Assembly: GCA_937958885.1 (NCBI GenBank)
Contig: CALGMT010000024.1
Location: 41,061 to 105,060 of the forward strand
DNA length: 64,000 nt
Source of the DNA: an uncultured bacterium
GTDB taxonomy: Bacteria > Verrucomicrobiota > Kiritimatiellia > CAIVKH01
Direction of reading: 5' to 3'
This document shows, in pieces, positions 1-8,420 of the stretch. The stretch's first letter is position 1. The number at the start of each line of letters is the position of its first letter. The notes below the pieces were generated by a model. It worked only from the letters and a program-made list of their open reading frames with translations, was not told the DNA's origin and made no database searches. The position numbers and the translations under genes were made by a program.

Positions 1-4
1 ATGG

Positions 5-496
5 ATGCCGCCTGCGCATCGGTTTTTTGCCAGCCCGGCGGAAGACGAGATGATCGCGTTTGTGCGGGCTCTTGACGGCGATCCGCGGGCGCGCGCGAAA
101 TGGCGCGCGGATGCGCTGGCATGGAATGCGTTCGATACGGCGAAGCGAATCTATATCGTGGTTCGGCCAATCAGTGGTTTCAGCAACCGCTTCGGCGATC
201 CGGTGCACGCATTGGCGAAGGGACGGCTTCGCGCGACGGATCGTGCGGTCGTTCCGTCATCCGGCGAACTCACCATCGGCTTACTCGACGGGTCCAGCGA
301 CGAACTCCCGTCGTCCAGTTTCGCCATGCGCCTGCTTCAGCCGGGGCTGACCGGCGAGTTCGTCAAGCGCCGCCAGGAAGCCGATCGCGCCAGCGCCGAA
401 ATCGAAGCCTCGTTGCGCGCGCTGGGGGTGGACATGACAGAAATAAGTCTCTCTCCTCGGCTGCGCGCGCTCGTGCTGCGCCCGCCTTCATTTTAG
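5..496 (+). CDS. hypothetical protein; frame is open to the window edge, so it may be 5' truncated
   Basis: 163-aa ORF in the track. The frame is still open at nt 2. No motif recognised. Ends 39 nt before the next gene. Confidence 0.4.
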   Translation: MPPAHRFFASPAEDEMIAFVRALDGDPRARAKWRADALAWNAFDTAKRIYIVVRPISGFSNRFGDPVHALAKGRLRATDRAVVPSSGELTIGLLDGSSDELPSSSFAMRLLQPGLTGEFVKRRQEADRASAEIEASLRALGVDMTEISLSPRLRALVLRPPSF

Positions 497-534
497 CCTG
501 ATGCCGATCCGCCTCGCATGGTAGCCTTTGCGGC

Positions 535-2862
535 ATGACGGGTCTGGATACACGGTGGTTGGGCGGAATTGCGCTGGCGCTACTGCTCGGGGCCTCGTGG
601 GCGGCCTGGTACCCGGTCGCGCGCGCGGCGTGGATTGATTGGAACGCACGCTCCAGGGCCGTTCGAATCGCAACCCTGCTGGCGATACTGGCTACATACG
701 CCCTTCTGCTGCGCCCGCACGAAGACACATTTTCCGGCCTTGATGCGTCGGGCTATCGCCATATGGCATCCGCGTTTCGCAATGGGCGCGGCCTGCACGA
801 CCCCGACTCCGTTTTGCTTCTTGCTCCCGCCGCTATCCGCAATGCTTTTCTGCTGCTTCCGGACATGCAGTATCGCAATACGCGCGACCGTTCATTCCAG
901 ATACTGTCCTTGTCCCGTGCTGAGACGGAACCGTTCTTTTATCCGCTGGCGCCTCTCGCGGCCTCGGCGTTCGACCGCCTGATACCGGGCGGCCGTGATT
1001 ATCTGCTTCCGCTATTGCACGCGAGTATGCTTGCGCTGCTGCTCCTGACCGCGTCGGCGCAAGGGGGCGGATGGGGGCTGCTCGTTGCCCTTGCACTGGC
1101 GCTCGGTTCGCCGATGCCGGCTTGGTTTCTCCGCGGGTATTTTCCCGAAGCGCTCGGAACACTCCTCATCGCCGGCGCGGCGCTGCAAACCCATGGCGGA
1201 CGCGCCGCGCGGTTCGGGGCGGCTTTCGCGGTGGGGATGGCGATCAGTCTACACCCGATGCTGGTCGTGCTCGCCGCGCCTGCGCTCGGCCTCTTGATGT
1301 TTTCCGGAACCGGTGTCGCGGCGTCGCTGGCCGGATTCGCGGCGGGCACCGCGCCGATTGTTCTGATGACAAGCTTCGTCTGCCGCCCATACGGCAATAT
1401 TTTGCGCCTCGACACAGTACGTTTCAACATGGGGTATAGCGGCGAACACCGCGTGGTCATCGTCTTCGCCGCGCTCGCCGCGCTGGCGATGGCTGCCGCA
1501 TGGATCGCGCCGCGGGCGTTTCGGCGCGATTTCCGCTCGCGTGTAGCGACATGCTTCGATTCGTCCGCGGGGCGCGCGACACTTGCGGTCGTCGCGCTGC
1601 TTCCGACAGCGGCGGCGCTCTTGATCGCCGATATTCGACCCGAATTCGTGCAGGGCGCCCGCGAAGCCTGGCAGGCGGTACGTCTTCCGCTCGGTGTGCT
1701 GTTCGCGCTACTCGCCGCCGCGGCCGTTGTCCGCTCGGATTCGCGGCATCTGCTTGTGCTCGGCGTCGCAGTAGCGGTATTGCCCGTCTTTTTCTATTTG
1801 AAAGGCGCGGAGGTGCCCGGCCTTTGGCACCAGCGCCGATTGCTGCCGGGATTGATCTTCCTGATCGCCGCCTGCGTGCCGGCGACTGCTTCGATATCGT
1901 CCCTGTTGGCGCGGACGGGCGCGTTGAAGCCGCTCGCGGCCGCGCTGGCGGCGCTGGCCGTCCTTGCGGCGATGCTCGCCAATCCCATCCGCTGGCCCGC
2001 GCCCTACATCGTGCGAAATGAGGCGGGTGCGCAGGAATGGTTCGACAGCCTCGCGCGCGAGACCGCCGGCGCGCTTACGATCTTCGACTATCACGCCTAC
2101 AGTTTTCCGCTCGCGGTAGATCTGAGGCGTCCAGTGCTCGGCATCGGCGAGCGCGCGCAGGCCTTTGTGCCGGACGTGATGCGATGGCTGGCGGCGGAGT
2201 CGCGCACACAGGAGGTGCGTCTCGCCGCCGCGTATGCCAATCCGGGGGTGGAAGAGGGCCTCTGCCTGCTTCCGGGCCCCATCGTTTCCGCGCAGGTCAT
2301 GCGCATCCGAAGCAAGGGCATGTTGCCCGCCGTCGCCGAGCCGCGCGCCGTATCGGTCGAACTTCTGACCGTGCGGACGGCGGATGATTGCACGCCGCGC
2401 TTGCACAAGGTCTTCGATGGCGGACCGCTCGCGCTGCGGGGACCCTGGGTGCCGCGCATCCACACCCTGCGCAACGACGCGCGCGAAAACGTGCCCGCCC
2501 AGTGGTTCCGCACCGGCGCGGGCGTGATCGGTCCTGTCCCACACGAAGGCGAGCGGCTGCTCGTCACCGTGCATGGCGTCGCGGGGCAGCGCGACCGGGC
2601 CGCGCGGCAGCAGATTGAGATTCAAGACGAGTCCGGCGGGCGACTCGGCGTTATTGAATTGGCGCACGAGTGGACGATAGACTCCGTCGAAATTTCTGCC
2701 CGCGGTGCGCCTGCCTCGCGCACCGCGCTCTACCGACTCGTTGCGCCCGCGCCGTACAATCCGGGTAAAGAGGGCCTGCGCGGCTATCATCACGACCTCG
2801 GCGCGCTTGTGCATCGCATCGACATGGAGGTCGTTCCCGCGCATACTCCGCCGCATGACTGA
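535..2862 (+). CDS. polytopic membrane protein, possible GT-C-fold (ArnT/PMT-like) glycosyltransferase with a ~300-aa C-terminal soluble domain
   Basis: 775 aa with many hydrophobic helices over the first ~470 aa. An acidic motif (HEDTFSGLDASGY) sits in the first predicted loop. The gene overlaps the downstream GT2 gene by 8 nt. The functional call is inference only. Confidence 0.55.
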   Translation: MTGLDTRWLGGIALALLLGASWAAWYPVARAAWIDWNARSRAVRIATLLAILATYALLLRPHEDTFSGLDASGYRHMASAFRNGRGLHDPDSVLLLAPAAIRNAFLLLPDMQYRNTRDRSFQILSLSRAETEPFFYPLAPLAASAFDRLIPGGRDYLLPLLHASMLALLLLTASAQGGGWGLLVALALALGSPMPAWFLRGYFPEALGTLLIAGAALQTHGGRAARFGAAFAVGMAISLHPMLVVLAAPALGLLMFSGTGVAASLAGFAAGTAPIVLMTSFVCRPYGNILRLDTVRFNMGYSGEHRVVIVFAALAALAMAAAWIAPRAFRRDFRSRVATCFDSSAGRATLAVVALLPTAAALLIADIRPEFVQGAREAWQAVRLPLGVLFALLAAAAVVRSDSRHLLVLGVAVAVLPVFFYLKGAEVPGLWHQRRLLPGLIFLIAACVPATASISSLLARTGALKPLAAALAALAVLAAMLANPIRWPAPYIVRNEAGAQEWFDSLARETAGALTIFDYHAYSFPLAVDLRRPVLGIGERAQAFVPDVMRWLAAESRTQEVRLAAAYANPGVEEGLCLLPGPIVSAQVMRIRSKGMLPAVAEPRAVSVELLTVRTADDCTPRLHKVFDGGPLALRGPWVPRIHTLRNDARENVPAQWFRTGAGVIGPVPHEGERLLVTVHGVAGQRDRAARQQIEIQDESGGRLGVIELAHEWTIDSVEISARGAPASRTALYRLVAPAPYNPGKEGLRGYHHDLGALVHRIDMEVVPAHTPPHD

Positions 2863-3616
2863 CACCGTGGTCATCATTCCCGCGTATAATGAAGAGGCCT
2901 CCATCGGCCCGCTGCTGCGCGAACTGCGCGAGGCGGTCCCCGACCTGCCCGCAGTCGTAATTTGCGACGGCGCCACCGATCGAACCGCGGAAATCGCGCG
3001 CGCGGCCGGCGCCGTCGTGCTCGATCTGCCCTGCAACCTTGGGGTCGGGGGCGCGGTGCAAGCCGGATTCCAGCACGCCCTCGCGCGCGGCGCGCGCCTG
3101 TGCGTCCGGATCGACGCCGACGGCCAGCACCCGCCGTCCGAACTGCCGAAGCTGCTGGACGCCGCGGCCCGCTCGAACAGCGACCTCATCATCGGCTCTC
3201 GCTTCTCCTCGCAAGGCCTTCACACCAGTTCGGTCTTTCGCTTCCTCGGCATCAAGCTGCTCGCGGTCTTTCTCTCCCTCATCTGCCGCAAGCGCGTGAC
3301 CGATCCCACGTCGGGGTTCTGGGCCGTCAAGCGGCCGTTGCTGCATTACTTCGCGCGCGAGTATCCGGTCGACTATCCGGAGCCCGAAGCCCTCGCGCTG
3401 CTGCGGCGGCACGGCTATTCCTTCGACGAAGTGCCGGTGGCCTTCCGCGCGCGCGCCGCCGGCCGCTCCACGATCCACGGATGGGGCACCGTGTACTACG
3501 CGCTAAAAGTCGGCCTCGCGCTTCTCGTCGATCGCGTCCGCGTGTTGGACCCCGCGCTATCCCGCGCCCACACCCTCACACGCGCATCGCGCGCCGGAAA
3601 AATCCATGCTATGTAA
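2855..3616 (+). CDS. family 2 glycosyltransferase, polyprenol-phosphate sugar synthase type (GtrB/DPM1/ArnC-like)
   Basis: Begins MTDTVVIIPAYNEE. Contains ICDGATDRT, RIDADGQHPP (DxD) and DPTSGF motifs. ATG at 2855 overlaps the upstream TGA at 2860-2862. Confidence 0.85.
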   Translation: MTDTVVIIPAYNEEASIGPLLRELREAVPDLPAVVICDGATDRTAEIARAAGAVVLDLPCNLGVGGAVQAGFQHALARGARLCVRIDADGQHPPSELPKLLDAAARSNSDLIIGSRFSSQGLHTSSVFRFLGIKLLAVFLSLICRKRVTDPTSGFWAVKRPLLHYFAREYPVDYPEPEALALLRRHGYSFDEVPVAFRARAAGRSTIHGWGTVYYALKVGLALLVDRVRVLDPALSRAHTLTRASRAGKIHAM

Positions 3617-3665
3617 AAACTTTTTTTGGGGCGTCCATGCTCTGTAAATTACAGCGCATGGAAAA
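3603..3665. repeat. three copies of an AT-rich motif (core TTTACAG[A/C/T]GCATGGA): two reverse, one forward, forming a 14-bp imperfect palindrome
   Basis: 3603-3627 is tccatgctatgtaaaaacttttttt. 3634-3648 is tccatgctctgtaaa. 3649-3665 is ttacagcgcatggaaaa. The reverse complement of the first copy matches the 25-mer at 53815-53839 at 24/25 positions. Confidence 0.6.
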
Positions 3666-3671
3666 TCCGCG

Positions 3672-4583
3672 ATGTACCGGACGCTAAAACTGCTCACCCG
3701 CTTTTTCTCGGCGCTCCCGCTTGACGCTGCCCGCGGGGTGGGGCGCGGGATTGGCTTTGCCGCATACCACGCGCTGCGCAAACATCGGGCGGAGAATTTG
3801 TCGGATATGCAGCGTTGTTTTCCCGATGCCGACCCCGCCGACCTGCGCCTTCGCCTGCGCCGTGTGTATCAGGGCATGGCGATCAACTACATCGAAGTTT
3901 TCCGCTGGTTCGGCGGGCGCGATGCGGAGCTCGAAGGCCTGATTCGAGTTGAGGGGTTGGAGCATTTCGAGCAGGTCCGCGCGAGGGGGAAAGGCGTCCT
4001 TGTCCTCACCGCGCATATCGGCAACTGGGATTTGCTCGGCCCATGGGCCGCCCGCCGCGCTCCCCTGACGATCATTTCGAAGCAACTGCGCAGCGCAGGG
4101 GCGAATCGGTTTTGGCAGGAGGCGCGCGCCGCATGCGGACTGAACATTTTACCCGCCCACAACTCCTATCGCGCGTGTCTCGCGACGTTGCGGCGGGGGG
4201 AAATGCTGGGTTTCATTCTCGATCAGAATATGATTAATACCGAAGGCATTTTCGTCGAGTTCTTTGGCCGACCGGCGTGCACGACGCCCGGCCTGGCGTT
4301 TCTCTCCGCGCACGCGCGCGCGCCGGTATTGCCGGTGTTCATGCTGAGGATGCCGGATGGCGCGCACCTCGTGCGCATTCAACCGGCCATCGAACCACCG
4401 CCGGACCGCGCGCCGGAAGCGATCCATGCCGCGACTCAGCACTATACGCGCGTGATCGAAGATGTTATACGCGCGTACCCGGATCAATGGATCTGGATGC
4501 ACCGCCGCTGGCGCACACAGCCGCTCCCGGATGAACGCCCGGTGGGCGAGGCGGTCCAAATGGAAGCGAAGCAAGGAGCATAG
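3672..4583 (+). CDS. lipid A biosynthesis lauroyl/myristoyl acyltransferase family protein (LpxL/HtrB-like)
   Basis: 303 aa. Contains the HIGNWD (HX4D/E) acyltransferase motif. Length and N-terminal hydrophobic segment are typical of the LpxL family. Confidence 0.8.
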   Translation: MYRTLKLLTRFFSALPLDAARGVGRGIGFAAYHALRKHRAENLSDMQRCFPDADPADLRLRLRRVYQGMAINYIEVFRWFGGRDAELEGLIRVEGLEHFEQVRARGKGVLVLTAHIGNWDLLGPWAARRAPLTIISKQLRSAGANRFWQEARAACGLNILPAHNSYRACLATLRRGEMLGFILDQNMINTEGIFVEFFGRPACTTPGLAFLSAHARAPVLPVFMLRMPDGAHLVRIQPAIEPPPDRAPEAIHAATQHYTRVIEDVIRAYPDQWIWMHRRWRTQPLPDERPVGEAVQMEAKQGA

Positions 4584-4589
4584 CCGCAC

Positions 4590-4940
4590 ATGGCGTTGAG
4601 AACGAAGCAATCGGAAGAGGCGACCGGTTATGCCGGTCAGACGTGGTTCGCACATCTCGGCACCGGCCTGACGATCGCGGGCGGGCTGAGCTTTCTCTTT
4701 CTCTGCATGATCCTGCCGATCGTAGGCAAGGCCGGTGTGCAAACGGTGCATTACCGTCAGAACTTTTGGGCTTTTCTCGGCGTCCTGCTATTAAGCCTGC
4801 TGCTCTCGTCCGGCGCAACAGTGGCCAAAATGATGCGGCGTCATATCGATCGGAGCCCGCTGCCGTGGATGTCCATCACCCTGACCGCGATGTGCGTGCT
4901 GCTGCTGGTGTCGCTCCTCGCCGGGTTGCTTCACATTTGA
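4590..4940 (+). CDS. small integral membrane protein, hypothetical
   Basis: 116 aa with 3-4 hydrophobic helices. Starts 7 nt after the upstream stop. Confidence 0.5.
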   Translation: MALRTKQSEEATGYAGQTWFAHLGTGLTIAGGLSFLFLCMILPIVGKAGVQTVHYRQNFWAFLGVLLLSLLLSSGATVAKMMRRHIDRSPLPWMSITLTAMCVLLLVSLLAGLLHI

Positions 4941-4996
4941 TCCGCTCTTGCAATCGCGCGCGTGTGTGATATACCGCGCCTTGATATGCGCGCATC

Positions 4997-6331
4997 ATGT
5001 CGATGCCGCCGGAGTCCCTTGTGATGAAATTAGTCCGATTCGTATTGGCAGGCGCCGTGCTGGCGCTCGGATGGTCCACTGCGCGCGCCCAGGAGCGGGA
5101 CTTGTTCGAGGAAGCCCCTTGGTATGTCGGCGGCGGCATCGGCTACATGCACTACGAGGGCGACGAGCAGATCGATTATGGCGTCTATCTGGGCGGCCGG
5201 CTGGGCTACGATTTCAATCGGTATTTCGGGGCCGAGCTCTCCCTCGATTTTGCCCCCGCGTTGAAGGACAACACCAAGCTCGCCCCCAACCGCGATATCC
5301 TCGATGGCGACATCTGGGGCTTGCGCCTTGCGATCGACGGCCTGCTGCATTTGCGCAACACGCGGAACTTGCGCTGGGATCCCTACCTCTCCGCGGGCGT
5401 CGGCATGATGTATTACGAGCAGGAACTGGAGGGCGGACGCCCCGAATTTCTCGTCAACGTAGGCGCCGGCCTTTTCTATCATTTCAACGATGCTTGGGCC
5501 GCGCGGCTCGATTATCGCTCGGCGGTGGTGGGCGAGGACACTGAATTCAACCAGTATGTATTCGTGGGGCTGAACTATCGCTGGGGCGCCACAGTCAAGC
5601 CGGTGTACGCGGTCAAGGGCGGCGACATCGACAGCGACGGCGATGGGCTGATGGATTGGGAGGAGGCCGAACTCGGCACCGATCCGTTCAATCCGGATAC
5701 CGACGGCGACGGCTTATCCGACTACGAAGAGGTCCGCATCTACAAGACGGACCCGCTGAATCCCGATTCCGATTTCGACGGTCTCACGGATGGAGCCGAG
5801 GTGTTGATCTACAAGACGGATCCGCTGAAGCCCGACACCGACGCCGGCGGCGTCAGTGATGGGCACGAAGTGATTGAAGACGGCACAGATCCGCTCAATC
5901 CGGCGGACGATCTGATGCTGTTCACGCTTCAAATCGAATTCGACTACGACAAGGCGAACTTGCGTCCGCAATACCACAAGGACCTCGACGTCATCATCAA
6001 GGTTCTCCAGCGCGACCCTGGCGCCACCGCGCGCATTGAGGGGCATGCGGATCGCCGGCCGAAATCGCAGCATGCGTACAACATGCGGCTCTCCGAGCGC
6101 CGTGCGCGCGCGGTACTCGAGTACATCGCGACCGCCGGCGGCATTGAGCGTTCGCGTCTGACGGCGGTCGGGTACGGATTTACGCGCCCGGTTGCCCCGA
6201 ACGACAACGAGATCAACATGCAGCGGAACCGCCGGACTGAAATTTACATTCGGCCCAGCGGCAAGGCCGCTGTCCATGCGACATCCGGCCAGCCGATGGA
6301 TGCCGAGACCGGCATTCCGGCGACCAAGTAA
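4997..6331 (+). CDS. OmpA-family outer membrane protein with thrombospondin type 3 repeats
   Basis: Signal peptide present; a more likely start is ATG 5024 ([10 protein letters not shown]...ARAQE). N-terminal beta-barrel-like region with alternating aromatics. Four to five DxDxDG repeats ([24 protein letters not shown] and others). C-terminal OmpA motif EGHADRRP...NMRLSERRA. Confidence 0.9.
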   Translation: MSMPPESLVMKLVRFVLAGAVLALGWSTARAQERDLFEEAPWYVGGGIGYMHYEGDEQIDYGVYLGGRLGYDFNRYFGAELSLDFAPALKDNTKLAPNRDILDGDIWGLRLAIDGLLHLRNTRNLRWDPYLSAGVGMMYYEQELEGGRPEFLVNVGAGLFYHFNDAWAARLDYRSAVVGEDTEFNQYVFVGLNYRWGATVKPVYAVKGGDIDSDGDGLMDWEEAELGTDPFNPDTDGDGLSDYEEVRIYKTDPLNPDSDFDGLTDGAEVLIYKTDPLKPDTDAGGVSDGHEVIEDGTDPLNPADDLMLFTLQIEFDYDKANLRPQYHKDLDVIIKVLQRDPGATARIEGHADRRPKSQHAYNMRLSERRARAVLEYIATAGGIERSRLTAVGYGFTRPVAPNDNEINMQRNRRTEIYIRPSGKAAVHATSGQPMDAETGIPATK

Positions 6332-6356
6332 TTGATTCTTCCAGCCCTCCGCCTGA

Positions 6357-6520
6357 GGCGTGCCCGAAGAGAAGTGTGAGTCCCCTCCCGGGAGGGGACC
6401 TCAAGAAGAGTCGTCTCCTCCACCGGAGGGGCGCCCGAAGGGCGGGGTGGGTTAATCCGCAACAAAGTGCCCGAAGGGGAGTCTACTTCCGCAATCAGGC
6501 GTCCGAAAGCGGCTGAGTTC
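6357..6520 (+). repeat. cluster of REP-like GC-rich hairpin modules (locus a of three)
   Basis: Perfect 20-nt palindrome gtcccctcccgggaggggac at 6380-6399. cctccaccggagg followed by gcgcccgaagggcggggtgggttaatccgc at 6416-6460. Further gYgcccgaaggg-like modules at 6468-6490 and 6499-6515. Related copies at 32521-32640 and 59271-59347. Confidence 0.6.
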
Positions 6521-6556
6521 TAGTGGGCATGATTTGAGAAATAGCCGGAAATAGAA

Positions 6557-6676
6557 AGCCGCCTCTTAATCCCACTTTTTAGCTCCTCAACATCAACTCC
6601 CTTAAAAGGAGGCGGTATGCCTGCCCAGTCATGGAGATTTCTTGAGAGAGGGGGCAAGAGTATGGATTGGGATTGA
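6557..6676 (+). promoter_or_regulatory. candidate leader: a 19-codon mini-ORF (MPAQSWRFLERGGKSMDWD) with a strong SD that can pair with an upstream anti-SD arm
   Basis: AAGGAGG at 6606-6612. ATG at 6617, TGA at 6674-6676, TGG codons at 6632 and 6668. Left arm gccgcctctt (6558-6567) can pair with aaggaggcggt (6606-6616). Located 46 nt upstream of the trpS ATG. Confidence 0.3.
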
Positions 6677-6722
6677 GCAGGGGGATGGGTTGATATAGCC
6701 TGCGAGCTTTTTCGAGGGGAAT

Positions 6723-7685
6723 ATGCGGATTTTGTCAGGGATTCAACCGTCCGGGCGGCTGCACCTGGGCAACTATTTCGGTATGATGCGGCCGGCGATC
6801 GAACTGCAAGAGCAGGGCGATGCCTTCTACTTTATCGCCAACTACCACGCGCTGACAACGGTGTCGGACGCGGACGCGATGCGGCAGGGCACGCTCGATG
6901 TGGCGCTGGATTTTCTCGCGTGCGGGTTGGATCCCTCCCGAACGACGTTCTACCGCCAGAGCGATGTGCCGGAGGTGACGGAATTGACGTGGCTGCTCTC
7001 AGTGGTGACGCCGATGGGGCTGCTCGAACGTTGCCACTCCTATAAAGACAAAATCGCCAAGGGCATCGCGGCGTCGCATGGGTTGTTCGCGTATCCCGTG
7101 CTGATGGCGGCGGATATCCTCGCGGTTCAGTCGGACATCGTGCCGGTCGGGCGCGACCAAAAACAACACGTCGAAGTCACGCGCGATATCGCGATCAAAT
7201 TCAACAACACGTATGGCGAGGTCTTTCGCCTGCCCGAGGCGCGCATCCGCGAGGATGTCGCGGTCGTGCCGGGACTCGACGGGCAGAAAATGTCCAAGTC
7301 GTACAACAACACGATCGAAATTTTCGGAGACCCGAAAGAAGCGCGGGCGCGAATCATGCGAATCGTGACGGACAGCAAGGGTGTCGCGGACCCGAAGGAT
7401 CCCGATGCGTGCAATGTTTTTGCGCTCTACAGGCTGTTCGCGTCCGCCGAGGAGCGCGAGGCCATGGCCGCGCGATATCGCGCGGGCGGGCTCGGCTATG
7501 GCGAGGTGAAAAAGGCGCTGCACGAGAAATTCGAGGCGCACTTCGGGCCGCTCCGCGCGCGGCGCGCGGATTTGGCGGCGAATCTCGACTTCGTCGAGGA
7601 GGTGCTGCGCCGCGGCGCGGAACGGGCTCGCGCGGAGGCCGGCGCGACGTTGCGCCGGGCGCGCGCGGCGATGGGGTTGGAGTAG
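6723..7685 (+). CDS. trpS: tryptophan--tRNA ligase
   Basis: 320 aa. Class I signatures GRLHLGNY (HIGH-type) and KMSKS. Confidence 0.95.
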   Translation: MRILSGIQPSGRLHLGNYFGMMRPAIELQEQGDAFYFIANYHALTTVSDADAMRQGTLDVALDFLACGLDPSRTTFYRQSDVPEVTELTWLLSVVTPMGLLERCHSYKDKIAKGIAASHGLFAYPVLMAADILAVQSDIVPVGRDQKQHVEVTRDIAIKFNNTYGEVFRLPEARIREDVAVVPGLDGQKMSKSYNNTIEIFGDPKEARARIMRIVTDSKGVADPKDPDACNVFALYRLFASAEEREAMAARYRAGGLGYGEVKKALHEKFEAHFGPLRARRADLAANLDFVEEVLRRGAERARAEAGATLRRARAAMGLE

Positions 7686-7688
7686 CCC

Positions 7689-8420
7689 ATGGCCGGCCGC
7701 GAAGAATACAAGGTGCGCCTCGATGTGTTCGAGGGGCCGCTGGACTTGCTGTTGTATCTGATCAAGCGGGATGAGCTCGATATCTACAATATTCCGATCG
7801 AGCACGTGACGCGGCAGTACATGCAGTATCTCGAGGCGATGCAGATGCTCGACCTGAATATCGCGGGCGAGTTCCTGGTGATGGCCGCGACGCTGATGAT
7901 GATCAAGAGCCGGATGCTGCTGCCGGTCGAGGAGCGTCCGGAACTGGAGCCGGAGGAGGAGGATCCGCGCTGGGATCTCGTGCGCCAGTTGGTCGAGTAC
8001 AAAAAGTTCAAGGATGCGGCGCTGCATCTCGAATGGTTGGCGCTGAAACGCGAGAACGTGTTCGCGCGCGAGGGGGAGCATGTCCACCTCGGCGCGGAGC
8101 CGGATGTCGCGCTGCAGGATGTGGGCATCTTCGACCTGATCGCGGCGTTCAACGAGGCGTTGAAAAAGGCGCCGAAGGAGAGCGTCGCCGAGTTGTTCAG
8201 CGATCGCTATACCGTGGCCGAAAAGATCGACGAGCTGACGCGGATCCTTCGCGAGCGTGCCTCGATCCGTCTCGGCGAGATGTTGCGCGGGATGCGGCAT
8301 CGCTACGAAATGGTGTGCACGTTTCTAGCGGTGTTGGAATTGATCCGTGTGAAACAAATCCGCGCGCGGCAGGATGCCGCGTTCGGCGAGATCGAGCTGG
8401 TGCCTGTGGACGCAGAATGA
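7689..8420 (+). CDS. scpA: segregation and condensation protein A
   Basis: 243 aa. N-terminal LDVFEGPLDLLLYLIKRDELDIYNIPI is typical of ScpA. Followed by scpB with an ATGA overlap. Confidence 0.9.
   Translation: MAGREEYKVRLDVFEGPLDLLLYLIKRDELDIYNIPIEHVTRQYMQYLEAMQMLDLNIAGEFLVMAATLMMIKSRMLLPVEERPELEPEEEDPRWDLVRQLVEYKKFKDAALHLEWLALKRENVFAREGEHVHLGAEPDVALQDVGIFDLIAAFNEALKKAPKESVAELFSDRYTVAEKIDELTRILRERASIRLGEMLRGMRHRYEMVCTFLAVLELIRVKQIRARQDAAFGEIELVPVDAE

Noticed and set aside
1708-3192. Long antisense or alternative-frame ORFs throughout the window. Examples: 1708-3192(-), 6999-8300(-), 10804-11742(-), 16211-17356(-), 20014-21387(-), 26272-27441(-), 30771-32003(-), 37161-38723(-), 41643-43166(-), 52549-53835(-), 53856-55112(-), 61956-63683(+).
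   Set aside because: Each lies opposite or out of frame to a gene with clear family motifs. Their translations are Arg/Ala/Gly/Pro-rich with no motifs. This is the expected shadow-ORF artefact of stop-codon-poor GC-rich DNA.
6480-6722. A T-box riboswitch or tRNA gene was sought in the long trpS upstream region.
   Set aside because: I could not find the T-box 14-mer-like sequence, a specifier-loop layout or a tRNA cloverleaf (no GTTCGAATC-type T-arm). An Rfam scan would still be needed to be sure.
8033-8416. The track extension of scpB upstream to 8033.
   Set aside because: It overlaps scpA in another frame and is Arg/Gly-rich. ATG 8417 forms an ATGA junction with the scpA stop.
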